Below, piece by piece: positions 23,720 to 36,904 of a DNA stretch of 64,000 nt (position 1 is its first letter; the number at the start of each line of letters is the position of its first letter). The stretch comes from Somniosus microcephalus (taxonomy: Eukaryota). Position numbers and translations under genes: made by a program. The notes beneath the pieces are model-generated. The model was not told where the DNA came from. It made no database searches and worked only from the letters and a program-made list of their open reading frames with translations. The stretch covers positions 54,126,001-54,190,000 of the forward strand of contig JBMRGM010000037.1 of NCBI GenBank assembly GCA_052327205.1, written 5' to 3'.

Positions 23720-26700
23720 CACAGTGCTTCAAAACCCTTCCGCACAATGACACTAACCTCCCAGTGTTATTTCTGTCACTCGGTAGTCCTCCCATGCGCA
23801 GATTATTTCTAGTAATCTTTGTGTTTCTATGACGGTCTGTTTCCGCTTCCAGCCTGTGCTTGTCATAGGATCATATAAATTTACGTCACAGAAGGAGGCT
23901 ATTCGGCCCATCGTGTCCGTGCCGGCCGAAAACAAGCTATCCAGCCTTATCCCATTTTCCAGCTCTTGGTCCGTAGCCTTGCAGGTTACGGCACTACAAG
24001 TGCATAGCCAAACACTTTTCAAATACAATTAGCATTTCTGTCTCTACCACCTTTTCAGACAGTGAGTTCCAGACCCACACCGCACTCTGGGTGAAAAAAA
24101 ATCTCTTCAAAACCCCTCTAATGCTTATGCCAATTACTTTCAATCTATGCCACCTGGTTATTGACCTCTCTGACAAAGGAAATAGGTCCGTCCTATCCAC
24201 TCTATGTATAATTAAAGAAAGAAAGAAAGATTTGCACTTATATATACGGCTTCACCATCACCGAATCCACCACCTTCAACATCCTGGGGGAGACCATTGA
24301 CCAGAACCTTAACTCGACCAGCCACATAAGTATTGTGCCAACAACAGCAGGTCAGAGGCTGGGTAATCTGCAGCGAATGTCTGAACTCCTGACTCCCCAA
24401 AGCCATCCCACCATCTACAAGGCACAAGTAAGGAGCGTGATGGAATAGTCACCACTTGCCTGGATCACTGCAGCTCCAACAACACTCAAGAAGCTCGACA
24501 CCATCCAGGACAAAGCAGCCCGTTTGATTGGCACTCCGTCCACCACCTTAAACATTTATTCCCTCCACCACAGGCGTACCGTGGCTGCAGTGTGTACCTT
24601 TAACAAGATGCACTGCAGCAACATGCCAAGGCTTCTTTGGTAGCACCTCCCAAACCCGCAAACTCTTCCACCTAGAAGGACAAGGGCAGCAGGCGCATGG
24701 GAACACCAGCACCTCAAAGTTCCCCTCCAATTCACACACCATCCTGAATTGGAAGTATATCGCCGATTCTTCATCGTCGATGCATCAAAATTTTGGAACT
24801 ACCGACATAAAAGCACTGTGCATTATCTGCTCCACATGGACTGCAGCGGTTCAAGAAGGTGCATCATCACCAGTTTCTCAAGGTCAATTAAGATGAGCAA
24901 TAAATGCTGGCCTTGCCAGAGATCCACATCCCATAAACGAATAAACAATATAGCTTTTTCACGACCATTGGACGCCTCAAAGCGCTTTACAACAAATGAG
25001 TGTTTTTTTAAGTGTAGTCCCTGTTTTAATGTAGGAAACACGGCAGCCAAATATTCGCACAGCAAGCTCCCACAAACAGCAATGTGATCACGACCAGATA
25101 ATCTGTTATTCTTAAGTTGATTTCGGGATAAACATAAGCCAGGGAACCGGGGATAACTCACCTGCTCTTCAAAATAGTGTCTTGGGATCTTTAAGGTCAA
25201 TCCTCTGTGTAATGTCTCATGCAATAGATGGCAGCTCCGGCAGTGCAGCACTTCCTCATCACTGCACTGGAGTGCCAGACTAGACTTTTGTGCTCAAGTG
25301 TCTGGATGGGACTTGAACCGAGGCCCCTCATAATTCTATGGAATGAATGCTTAAATAGACAAATGGGTAGACCGAGAGATAGAGAGACAGACAGACAGAA
25401 ACAGATAGGATCATAGATAGCCAGATAGATCGATTCTAACATCCCAGAATATTATCCCATAAAGTTTGACCTCTCCTTAAATATTTCATTACTCTCTTAA
25501 TTGTTTTCCCATTCTTTATCATCTGGTTAACTATTGAAACCAATCCACTGCTACTTAATCCCTTCATAATTATGAAGATCTCTATAGGCTAATCACTCAA
25601 ACCTTCTCTTTTTCTATTGGAAAAGCGCTCAATTGTCCATTCTGTTTTCGTAAATGTAGTCCGATATCCTCAGTCACAACTTAGTGAATTACAACAGCCT
25701 TTTCTCCATTGCTAATCCGCCCCTCCTAAAATGAACGGCCCCATAAGTGCTTGCGATTCACATACTGGGACATATCCAAGGCGCTATAAAAACTCTCAGA
25801 AACTGGAGCCACATTTAAGCTTTAATATTGCACAAATAGTGGAGGATCCAACGAGTTGACCGAGACGTTCACTAGTGTCACGATGAACATGTGGTATAAG
25901 ATTTTGTCAGCTTGTCTCAGCTTTCCACCCCCTGAAATAATATAGACGCACAACCCTGCCTGAAGCCATCAGAAACGGTTTGTTTTGTGCGAGTGCATTA
26001 CCATCATGCATGTGTTTCCGTCTTTCCCCAGGGAAATTCATTTTCAGTGTTTCTGTCTCTCTGTTTCTGGAAAGAAATAAAAGAAGGACGAAGGAACGAA
26101 AAAAGAAAGGAAGAAAGAAAGAGAGCAAAAGNNNNNNNNNNNNNNNNNNNNNNNNNNNNNNNNNNNNNNNNNNNNNNNNNNNNNNNNNNNNNNNNNNNNN
26201 NNNNNNNNNNNNNNNNNNNNNNNNNNNNNNNNNNNNNNNNNNNNNNNNNNNNNNNNNNNNNAGAGTGAAAGAAAGACAGAAAAAAAGAAAGAAAGAATGA
26301 AAGAGTGAGATCAATAAAGAAATAATGGCCGAAAGAAAGAAACAAAGAATGGATGAAAGAAGGAATGGACGGAAGAATGAAAGAGTGAAAGAAAGAAATA
26401 GAGAAAACAAAAGAGTGAAAGAAAAAAAGAGTGAAAGAAATAGTGAAAGACAGAACGAAANNNNNNNNNNNNNNNNNNNNNNNNNNNNNNNNNNNNNNNN
26501 NNNNNNNNNNNNNNNNNNNNNNNNNNNNNNNNNNNNNNNNNNNNNNNNNNNNNNNNNNNNNNNNNNNNNNNNNNNNNNNNNNNNNNNNNNNNNNNNNNNN
26601 NNNNNNNNNNNNNNNNNNNNNNNNNNNNNNNNNNNNNNNNNNNNNNNNNNNNNNNNNNNNNNNNNNNNNNNNNNNNNNNNNNNNNNNNNNNNNNNNNNNN

Positions 26701-28967
26701 NNNNNNNNNNNNNNNNNNNNNNNNNNNNNNNNNNNNNNNNNNNNNNNNNNNNNNNNNNNNNNNTGAAAGTAACAGTGAAAGATAGAAAGAGTGAAAGAAA
26801 GGAAAATTGAAAGCAAGAGTGAAAGAGAGAAAGAAAGAAAGAAAGAAAGAAAGAAGGAAAAGAACGAACTCGTTGGGATTATCCCAAGCTTCCGTCATTG
26901 ACCTCTTCTGATCCCTCAAAACCATGCCCCATAAAGCTTGTTGCCCCTCAAACACATTATATATCTCTTTCCAGCATTTTCTGTTGTTATTTCGGATTTC
27001 CAGCATCTGCAGTATTTTGCTATCGTATATTATATATAAACATTGTTCTAGTTTTCAGTTGCATATGTTGAACCTCGCCTCCACATCTTTATTAATAGCT
27101 TCAAGAATATCACTGTGCCAGCAAATATCTTGTCTGGCGTACGATGGTGTACTGGTTGTATTACAACTGTAATATTCTAGCAGTCTTTCACCAATAATCT
27201 GGAGTTCAAATGCCGCCACGGCAGTTTGTGAAATTTAATTCAGTTATTTTAAAAAGCTCCCATAGGCCACGACCTCCAGCACCTAGCAGGCGCCTGGGGA
27301 ACGCCATCACCTCCATGTTCCCCTTCAAGTCACGCACCATCCTGACTTGGAGATAAATCGGCCGTTCCTTCATCGTCGCTGGGTCAAAATCTTGGAACTG
27401 CCTCCCGAAGAGCACCTTGTGAGCACCTTCACCATACAGACTGCAGCAGTTAAAGAAGGCGGCTCACCACCAACATCAAGGGCAAGTAGGGATGGGCAAT
27501 AAATGCTGGCCTTGCCAGCGATGCCCACATCCTAAGAATAGATTAATCACATTATCATGATCATTAACAATATAATACGATTTGAGAGTGTAGACGTGGA
27601 GAAAATGATCCACTTCTGAATTTGTCTAAAAATAGGGGCCATAAAAGTAATATAGTCAGCAATAAATCCAGCAGCGATTTCAGGAGTAACTTCTTTACTC
27701 AGAGAGCAGTTAGAATGTGGAACTTGCTACCAGGTGTAGCAGTGGCGGCGGATAGCATACATGCATTTTAGCGAAATCTAAATAAGTACACGAGGGAGGA
27801 AGGAATAGAATGACCTGCTGAGAGCGTTAGATGATAAGGGGTGAATGAACTCAGGTGTGGAGCATAAACGCCGGCATAGACCTGTTGGGCCGAATGGCCT
27901 GTTTGTGTGCTGTAAGATCGTTGGGATTCGATGTAACGAGGAAATTACCCGATTCTCACACTGATATTTCCCTGACGAACGTATTCACAGATATAACATC
28001 ATTGAGTCATAGAGTCATAACGGCATAGAAGGAGAACATTCGGCCCATCAAGTCCGTAACGGCCCTCTGCAGAGCAATCCAGTCAGTCCCATTGCCCTGC
28101 TCTATCCCCGTAGGCCTGCAAGTTTTATTTCCCTCAAGTGCCTATCCAGTCTCCCCTTGAAAACATTGAGTGTCTCCGCTTCCAGCACTTCCGTCGGCAG
28201 CGAGGTCCAGGTCCTCACCACTCGCTGCATAAAAAAGTTTTTCCTCACATCCCCCCTGTATTGCTTGCCCAAAACCTTGAGTCAGTTTCCCCTAGTCCTT
28301 GCATAGTCAACTAGTGCCAACAGCCTTTTCCCATCTAACCTATCCAAACCCGTCATAATCTTGTACACCTCTCTCAAATCACCCCTAAACCTCCTTTGCC
28401 CTAATGGAAACAAATACAGCTTCTCAACCTGTCCTTGTAGCTAAGATCCCCCATCCCCGGAACTATTCTGGGAAATCTCCTGGGCACCCTCTCAAGGGCC
28501 TTCACATCCTTCCTAAAGAGTGGTGAACAGAACTGGACGCAATGCTTCAATTGAGGCCTAACCAGCGCTTTATAAAGATTCCGCATAACTTCTCTACGTT
28601 TGTACTCAATACCTCTATTTATGAAGATCAAACTCCCATATGCATTGCTAAACACTCTCACGATATATTAAGCCTCTTCAGGAACCTATGCAAATTAACT
28701 CCCAGGACCCTCTGTCCCTGCACACTTTTTAAAACTCTGCCATGAAGTGTATATTGCCTCTCCGTGTTCCTTCTGCCAAAATACATCCCCTCACACTTCT
28801 CTGTATTAAATTCCCTCTACATCTGGTGTTAAGTATTATTGGCTGCGAATGATTTGACGTAATTTCCTCCCAGCGCCCTTCATTTGAAACGTGACTTGTT
28901 GCAGACTTCAACATTCACGCTTTATATTTCGGTCCTGTAACTATATGTGTGTGAATGGAAAGTGAAA

Positions 28968-29766
28968 ATGAGATCGATTGTTACACTCTGTGCCTTTATT
29001 CTGCATTGTCCATGTAAGTATATCAGTCTTTTCTATTGGTTAAGCAATTGGTTTAATTAGTGTAAAATTAGAAGTAATTCCTTGAACAAGAGGTGCAGCA
29101 TTAATGATTGCAAATTCCACTAATGACAATCTGCATCATCATTTAAGCTGAGTGCCGTTCTTTCAATGGACCGAATGGCCTCCTCCTGTGATGTATCATT
29201 CTACGCCCAGCAATGCTCCGATTTCGAGAAGTACCGGCGGAACAATTTCGGGATTTTCTGTTGTGTCTTTCACTTGATTTACGGTTGACATTGGGTGGCT
29301 GATTCCTACCTTGTGTGATAGCTGATGAACAATTATAATTAAGTGCTATATGATTCCGAACATCATGCAAATACATTGCGATGCACTGGTTATGTATTGA
29401 ATCTGAATTCTCGTGATATTGCTGCTTTACCTGAGTTCTGAATCGTGTTTCCCGCTTCAGACTGTTGCCGGTGTGCTGTAGTGTCTCAATTTCCCAGAGA
29501 ACTGACGGTGGGACGAGGGGACAGCGCAGCGTTCGCCTGTTATCAGAACAACACCGAGTATGTCACGATACTCTGGTACCGCCAGTACCGAGGAGAAGGT
29601 CTTCAGCTTGTGGTGATGGACAACTTTGGGAATAAAGCCACTTTCGAGGAAGGATTCAGGACGGGCTTCGAGGCCCTGAGGCCCGACCTGAAAACGGGCC
29701 ATCTGAAAATACCGACTGCCGGTCCTGGCCATACGGCAGTGTATTACTGCTGTGCCAGTGATGGAG
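28968..29766 (+). CDS. TRBV: TCR beta V gene V5 (leader exon 28968-29013, V exon 29461-29766)
   Basis: Leader MRSIVTLCAFILHCP. V exon ..FACYQ..ILWYRQ..HTAVYYCCASDG. RSS: CACAGTG 29767-29773, 23 bp, ACAATAACC 29797-29805. Confidence 0.91.
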
Positions 29767-30709
29767 CACAGTGCTTCAAACTCCTTCTGCCCAATGACAA
29801 TAACCTCCCAGTGTTATTTCTGTCGCTCGGTTCGCCTTGCATGGGCTGACTATTTCTAGTAATCTTTGTGTTTCTCTGTCTGGCTTTTTCCACTTCCAGC
29901 CTGTGCTTATCATAGGATCATATAAATTTACGGCACAGAGGGATCCCATTCGATCCATCGTGCCCGAGCCGGCCGAAAAAGAGCTATCCAACCTTATTCA
30001 ATTTTCCAGCTCTTTGCCCGTGACCTTGCTGGTTACGGCAGTTCAAGTGCACAGCGAAGCAATTTTTAAATGCAACGACGGTTTCTGTCTCAACCGCCCT
30101 TTCAGGCAGTCAGTTCCAGGCCCCCACCGCCCTCTGGGTGAAAAAAGTTCCCCTCAACTCCCCTCTGACCCTTATGCCAATTACTTTCAATCTATGCCAC
30201 CTGGTTATTGACCACTCTGCCAAGGAAATAGAACCCTCCTATCCACTCTATCTAGATTTGCATTTATATATATATGGCGTTTCCATCGCCGAAGCCCCCA
30301 CCATCGACAACCTGGTGGTCACCATTGAACAGAATCTTAACTGGATCAGCCACATAAATACTGTGGCAACAAGAGCAGGTCAGAGGCAGGGTATTCTGCG
30401 GTGAGTGTCTCACCTCCTGACTCCCCAAAGCCTTTCCACCGTCTACAAGGCACACGTAAGGAGTGTGATGGAATACTCTCCACTTGCCTGGATGTGTGCA
30501 GCTCCAACAACACTAAAGAAGCTCAACACCGTCCAGGACGTATCAGCCTGCTTGATTGGCACTCCTTCCACCACCTTAACAATAAATCCCTCCACCACCT
30601 GCGTACCGTGGCTGGAATGTGTACCATCTACAAGATGCACTGCAGCAACTCAACAAGGCTTCTTTGGCAACACCTCCCAAACGCGTGACTTCTTCCACCT
30701 AGAAGGACA

Positions 30710-32565
30710 TAAAAACTGACTGTAAAAGCTTTTATAGATATGTGAAGAGAAAAAGATTGGTGAAGTCAAGCGTAGGTCCCTTGCAGTCAGAATCAATGGA
30801 ATTTATAATGGGAAACAAAGAAATGGCAGACCAACTAAATTCATACTTTGGTTCTGTCTTCACAAAGGAGGACACAAATAACCTCCCAGAGATGCCGGGG
30901 AACATAGGGCCTGATAAAAGGGTGGAACTGAAAGAAATCAGTATTTGTAGGGAAATGGTGTTAGGAAAATTGATGGGACTGAAGGCCGATAAATTCCCAG
31001 GGCCTGATAATCTACATCCCAGGGCACTTAAGGAAGTGGCCCTAGAAATAGTAGATGCATTGCTGGTCATCTTCCAGAACTCGATAGAGTCTGGAACAGT
31101 ACCCATGGATTGGAGGATAGCTAATGCTACCCCACTATTCAAAAAAGGTGGTAGAGAAAAAGCGGGGAATTATAGACCGGTAAGCCTGACATCGGTAGTG
31201 GGGAAAATGCTAGAATCTATTATAAAAGATGTAATAGCAGAGCACTTGGTAAGCAGTGACAGGATCGGAAAAAGTCAACATGGATTTACAAAAGGTAAAT
31301 CATGCTTGACTAATCTATTGGAATTTTTTGAGGATGTAACTGGTAAAATAGATAAGGAAGAACCAGTGGATGTGGTGTATTTGGACTTTCAGAAGGCTTT
31401 TGATAAGGTCCCACATAAGAGATTAGCGTGCATAATTAAGGTACAGGGGATTGGGGGCAAGGTATTGACTTGGATAGAGAACTGGTTGGCGGACAGAAGG
31501 CAGAGAGTTGGAATAAACGGGTCGTTTTCCGAGTGGCAGGCAGTGACTAGTGGAGTACCGCAAGGATTGGTCCTAGAACCCCAGCTGTTCACAATATATA
31601 TTAATGATCTGGACGAGGGAATTGGATGTAATATCTCCAAATTTGCAGACGACACAAAGCTGGGTGGGAGGGTATGCTGTGAGGAGGATGTCGTGAAACT
31701 CCAGTACGATGTAGACAGATTGGGTGATTGAGCAGAAACATGGCAAATGCACTATAATGTGGATAAATGTGAGGTTATCCACTTTGGAGGCAAAAACAGG
31801 AAGGCAGATTATTATTTGAATGGCAATAGATTGGGAGAAGGGGAAGTGCAAAGAGACCTGGGTGTTCTTGTGCACCAGTCGCTGAAGGTAAGCATGCAGG
31901 TGCAGCAGGTGGTTAAAAAGGCAACTGGTATGTTGGCCTTCGTAGCAAGAGGGTTCGAGTACAAGAACAAGGATGTCTTGCTACAGTTGTCCAGGGCCTT
32001 GGTGAGACCGCACCTTGAGTATTGTGTGCAGTTTTGGTCGCCTTACCTGAGGAAGGTCGTTCTTACCATGGAAGGAGTGCAGCGAAGATTCACCAGGCTG
32101 ATACCTGCGATGGCAGGAATGACGTATGAGGAGAGATTGTGTCGATTGTGCTTATACTCACTGGAGTTTAGAAGATTGAGAGGGGATCTCATCGAAACCT
32201 ATAAAATTCTGTCAGGCCTGGACAGACTAGATGCAGGAAGGATGTTTATGATGGCCGGGGAGTCCAGAACCAGGGTTCATAGTCTAAGGATAAGGGGTAA
32301 GCCATTTAGGACTGAAATGAGGAGGAATTTCATCACCCAGAGAGTGGTGAACCTGTGGAATTCTCTGCCACAGAGGGCGGTGGATGCCAGTTCATTAAAT
32401 ATATTCAAAAAGGAGTTGGATATATTTCTTAAGGCTAAAGGGATCAAGGGATATGGGGAGAAGGCTGGGACAGGGTACTGAATTTGGATAATCAGCCATG
32501 ATCTCATTTAATGGCGGAGCAGGCTCGAAGGGCCGAATGGCCTACTCCTGCTCCTATGTTTCTAT
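30710..32565 (+). mobile_element. 5'-truncated CR1 LINE (RT with one stop at ~31729) inserted into an older LINE fragment
   Basis: In-frame ORFs 30742-31731 and 31747-32481 with RT motifs. The host sequence 'aggaca|ggcagcagg' is contiguous in the paralogous copy (~24677). Confidence 0.93.
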
Positions 32566-33229
32566 GGCAGCAGGAGCATTGGAACACCACCACCCCCAAG
32601 TTCCACTCGAAGTCACACACCAGCCTGACTTGGAAATATTTTGCCGATCCTTCATCATCGCAGGGTCAAAATTCTGGAACTCACTCCCTAACTGCACTGT
32701 GGGAGTACCTTCACCACACGGACTACAGTGGTTCAAGAAGGCGGCTCACCACCACCTTCTCAAGGGCAGTTAGGGATGTGCAATAAATGCTGGCCTTGCC
32801 AGCGACGCGGACATCCCATAAATGAATAATACAGATAGCGCTTTTACGATCCCTGGCCATCTAAGAGTGCTTTACAGCCAATAAAGTACTTTTTTAAGTG
32901 TAGTCACTGTTTCAGTGTAGAAAATGCGGCAGCCAATTTGCGCACAGCAAGCTCCCACAACAGCAATGTGATAAAGACCCGATAATCTGTTTTAGTGATG
33001 TTGATTGAGGGATAAATATAGGCCAGGGCCCTGTGCTTTACACCCCTGCTCTTAATCGAAATAGTGTCAATGGATCTTTAATGTCCAGCCTCGGTTTAAC
33101 TTCTCATCCGAAAGATGGCACCTCCCGCAGTGCGGCGCTCCCTCAATACTGCATTGGAGTGTCAGCACAGATTTATCTGCTCAAGTGTCTGGATGTGATT
33201 GGAACCCACACCCCTCATAGTTCTATAAA

Positions 33230-33549
33230 ATGAATAGANNNNNNNNNNNNNNNNNNNNNNNNNNNNNNNNNNNNNNNNNNNNNNNNNNNNNNNNNNNNNN
33301 NNNNNNNNNNNNNNNNNNNNNNNNNNNNNNNNNNNNNNNNNNNNNNNNNNNNNNNNNNNNNNNNNNNNNNNNNNNNNNNNNNNNNNNNNNNNNNNNNNNN
33401 NNNNNNNNNNNNNNNNNNNNNNNNNNNNNNNNNNNNNNNNNNNNNNNNNNNNNNNNNNNNNNNNNNNNNNNNNNNNNNNNNNNNNNNNNNNNNNNNNNGA
33501 TATAGATTGACAGATATATAGATAGAGAGATAGTTAGATTGATAGGTAG

Positions 33550-33580
<31 letters not shown>

Positions 33581-33925
33581 GATAGATAGAGAGATATAAA
33601 GATAGAGAGATAGATAGCTAGATAGATGATAGGCAGTTAGATAGACAAATAGNNNNNNNNNNNNNNNNNNNNNNNNNNNNNNNNNNNNNNNNNNNNNNNN
33701 NNNNNNNNNNNNNNNNNNNNNNNNNNNNNNNNNNNNNNNNNNNNNNNNNNNNNNNNNNNNNNNNNNNNNNNNNNNNNNNNNNNNNNNNNNNNNNNNNNNN
33801 NNNNNNNNNNNNNNNNNNNNNNNNNNNNNNNNNNNNNNNNNNNNNNNNNNNNNNNNNNNNNNNNNNNNNNNNNNNACCTAATATTATCCAATGACGTTTG
33901 ACAGATAGACAGATAGATAGATACC
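33230..33925. repeat. (GATA)n microsatellite region with N runs
   Basis: agat repeats flank the N blocks at 33239-33498 and 33653-33875. Confidence 0.85.
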
Positions 33926-35116
33926 TCCTAACATCACATAATATGATCCCATAACATTTGATCCCACCTTAATTAATTGTTTTCCCAAATCTTTATCATC
34001 TGGTTAACTATTGAAACCAATCCACTGATATTTAACCTATCATCGCCCTTCGGAATAATGAAGACCACTATAGGCTAATCGCTGGAACCTTCTCTTTTCT
34101 ATAGAGATAGCGCTAAATTATCCGTTATATTTTCATGAATGTAGTCCGATATCCGCAGTCACAAATTAATGAATCACGACTGCATTTTACTCATTTCTAT
34201 TCCACCCCTCCTATAATGAGCGTCTTGATAAGTGTTTGCGATTCACATAATGCGGCCTATCCAAAGTACTATAAAAACTCCCATAAACTGGAGCCACGTT
34301 GTAAACTTTAATATTGCGCACATGGGAACGGTAGCATAGTGCTTGTGCTACTGGACTATTAATCCAGAGGCCTGGACTAATGAACCGGAGACCGGCGTTA
34401 AAAACAATGGTTCAAGGAGGCGGCTCACTTCCACCTTCTGAAGGGCAATTAGGGGTGGGCAATAAATGCTGGCTTTGCTGGCGACGCCCACATCCCATGA
34501 ATAAATACATTAAATAGTGGAGGATCCAGTGAACCTTAAGTATAAGATTTGGTCAGCTTGTCTCAGCCCTCCATCTCTTGAATTATCATATCCTGGATTC
34601 AAGCCACAGGCTAAGGCTTTCTCGTATAATTCTGCCGCTCACTTCAGCAGAGTAGTATAGAGTGCTCTTTTCTGGGAGCCCCCTGAGGAACATAGGTATA
34701 GCTAGACGAAAAAAAGACCAAGGTCCATCTCGTTCACCTGGTAGTTCCATGATAAAGCAATAATGGAGTTGTTAACTAATCACAGCGATCAATCTCATGT
34801 CAAATATTCTACTACAGACGCAGACATGAAGCGTGGACAACCCCCAGTGGTGGGGAGCTTGGGGAACCATAGGTCCAAAGTCACCTGTTCCTAGCAAGCC
34901 ACGCTACACTTAGCACATGTCATGTCTCAAGTTACTCACACACTGTGATCCCATAATGTTAATTTCTGGAGAAGCATCGATCTGGTTTAGTTTTAAACGA
35001 ACCAATACAATCTGCAAATTCTCTATCCCCCCACATCTCCCTGGGGAGTCTGATCTCTAGATTTTCTACTCGTTCACTGAAATGCATTCAGATATTATGT
35101 TAATCTTACATACAAA

Positions 35117-35685
35117 CTTAGAAACATAGAAGATAGGAGTAGGAGTAGGCCATTCGGCTCCTCGAGCCTGCTCCGCCATTCAATGCGATCATGGCTGATC
35201 ATCCAAATTCAGTACCCGGCCCCTGCTTTCTCCACATACCCCTTGGTCCCTTTAGCCTTAAGAAATATATCCAAATCTTTCTTGAATATATTTAATGAAT
35301 TGGCCTCTACTGCCTTCTGTGGTAGAGAATTCCACAGGTTCACCACTCTCTGGGTGAAGAAATTCCTCCTCATTTCTGTCCTAAATGGCTTACCCCTTAT
35401 CCTTAGACTGTGACCCCTGGTTCTGGACTCCCCGAACATCGGGTACATCCTTCCTGCATCTAGTCTGTCCAATGAATCTCCGCTGCACCCTCTCTATGGC
35501 AAGAACACCCTTCCTCAGATAAGGTGACCAAAACTGCACACAATACTCAAGATGTGGTCGCACCAAGGCCCTGTAAAACTGCAGCAAGACATCCTTGCTC
35601 CTGTACTCGAATCCGCTCCCTATGAAGGCCAACAGACCATTTGCCTTCTTAACCGCCTGCTTCACCTGCATGCTTACCTTCAGGT
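35117..35685 (-). mobile_element. CR1 3' fragment with an internal deletion
   Basis: ORFs 35390-35671 and 35209-35472; tail catagaaacatag. Confidence 0.88.
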
Positions 35686-36904
35686 GAAATGCAGGCAGGA
35701 TGTTTCCCCTGGCTGTAGACGCCAGAAGTAGGGATCATAGTCTCAGGATATCGCACCGACTATTTAAGACTGAGAAGAGCAGATGATTATTCCCTCAGAA
35801 GGTTTTGAAACTTTGGGATTAGGGATGCTCACGGTTTGAGTATATTCAAGATTTGAGATCGATAGATTTTTGGACATGAAGGGAATTAAGAGATATGGGG
35901 ATAGGGCAGGGAAGTGGAGATGATGTAGAAGACTCTCAAGATCTTAACTAAATGGAGGAGCAGGCTCGATGAGCTTTGCGGCCTACTCCTGCTCCTATTT
36001 CATATGTTCTGCTGTAAGCCCCGTGGCGTTGCTCATGGTGTGAGGAAATGTGCCGTTGTTTTAAGGTCGGGAGTATCACACCACACACAGTCTATATTAT
36101 TATCGTTCTCTTAAGCCTTAAATGTGTTTAATTTGGCCAGCACGTCTAATAATTGCAAACCCAGAAACCAATTGCTCTTGATGAGGGAAGTGGGTATATT
36201 TCAGTGCTGGAAATGTCCAGGTAATTAGTATAAATTAAACTTAGGGCAGAGAAGGCTAAAGGGAGATTTATCTGAGCAGCTCAAAATCACGAAGGGTTTT
36301 GACAAAGCAAACAAGGAAAACCTGTTTCCTGCGAAGAAAGGTCGGCAAACAGAGGACTGAGATTCAAGGTGATTGGCAGAGGGGGAGATGAGAAGAGATG
36401 AGAAGGGCGTTGGAAACAGATTCAATAGCAACTTTGAAGAATTTGATACATACTTGAAGGGGAAGAAATCAGAACTATGGCAAAAGGGCAGTGTCACGGG
36501 AATAATGGGAAAGCTCCCTCAATCAGCCGGCACAGCCACGATGGGCCGAATGGTCTCCCTTTGAACTGTATCCTTCTATGACTTATGTCAATTCTTTTCT
36601 CTGTGAAACGCCTTGCGAAGTTTTACTACGTTAAAGGCGCTATATAAATTAAAGATGTTGATTCTATATTTCGATGTTTGGAGGAGACCAGCTTGAAATC
36701 ATGTCTTTTATTATGTTTCATGCTTTTGCATATGAAGTGTGCCGATATATGGAGAAAATGAATCTTACCTATTACTTTTTGGTGCACTCACACTGCGTTC
36801 CAGTCATTGCATTAACTGCCCTGGAAAAAAACTATACCAGGACGCCGGGGAATTCTCTCCCATTGTGTCAATATTGTCCTTCGATGGTTATCTTCTGAAC
36901 AGGC

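Larger units (their letters stand above)
10801..34570 (+). repeat. Tandem triplication of a ~6-kb unit, each copy carrying one V gene (V3, V4, V5)
   Basis: Homologous unique sequence and the same order of repeats start at ~10801, ~16553 and ~26918, each after a GA-rich tract. Copy 2 has a Harbinger insertion and copy 3 a CR1 insertion. Confidence 0.9.

Noticed and set aside
16205-33875. N runs (16205-16341, 26132-26261, 26461-26763, 33239-33498, 33653-33875) hiding genes
   Set aside because: Short, irregular and embedded in GA/GATA microsatellites; probably masked or unresolved simple repeats. ORFs through them are artefacts.
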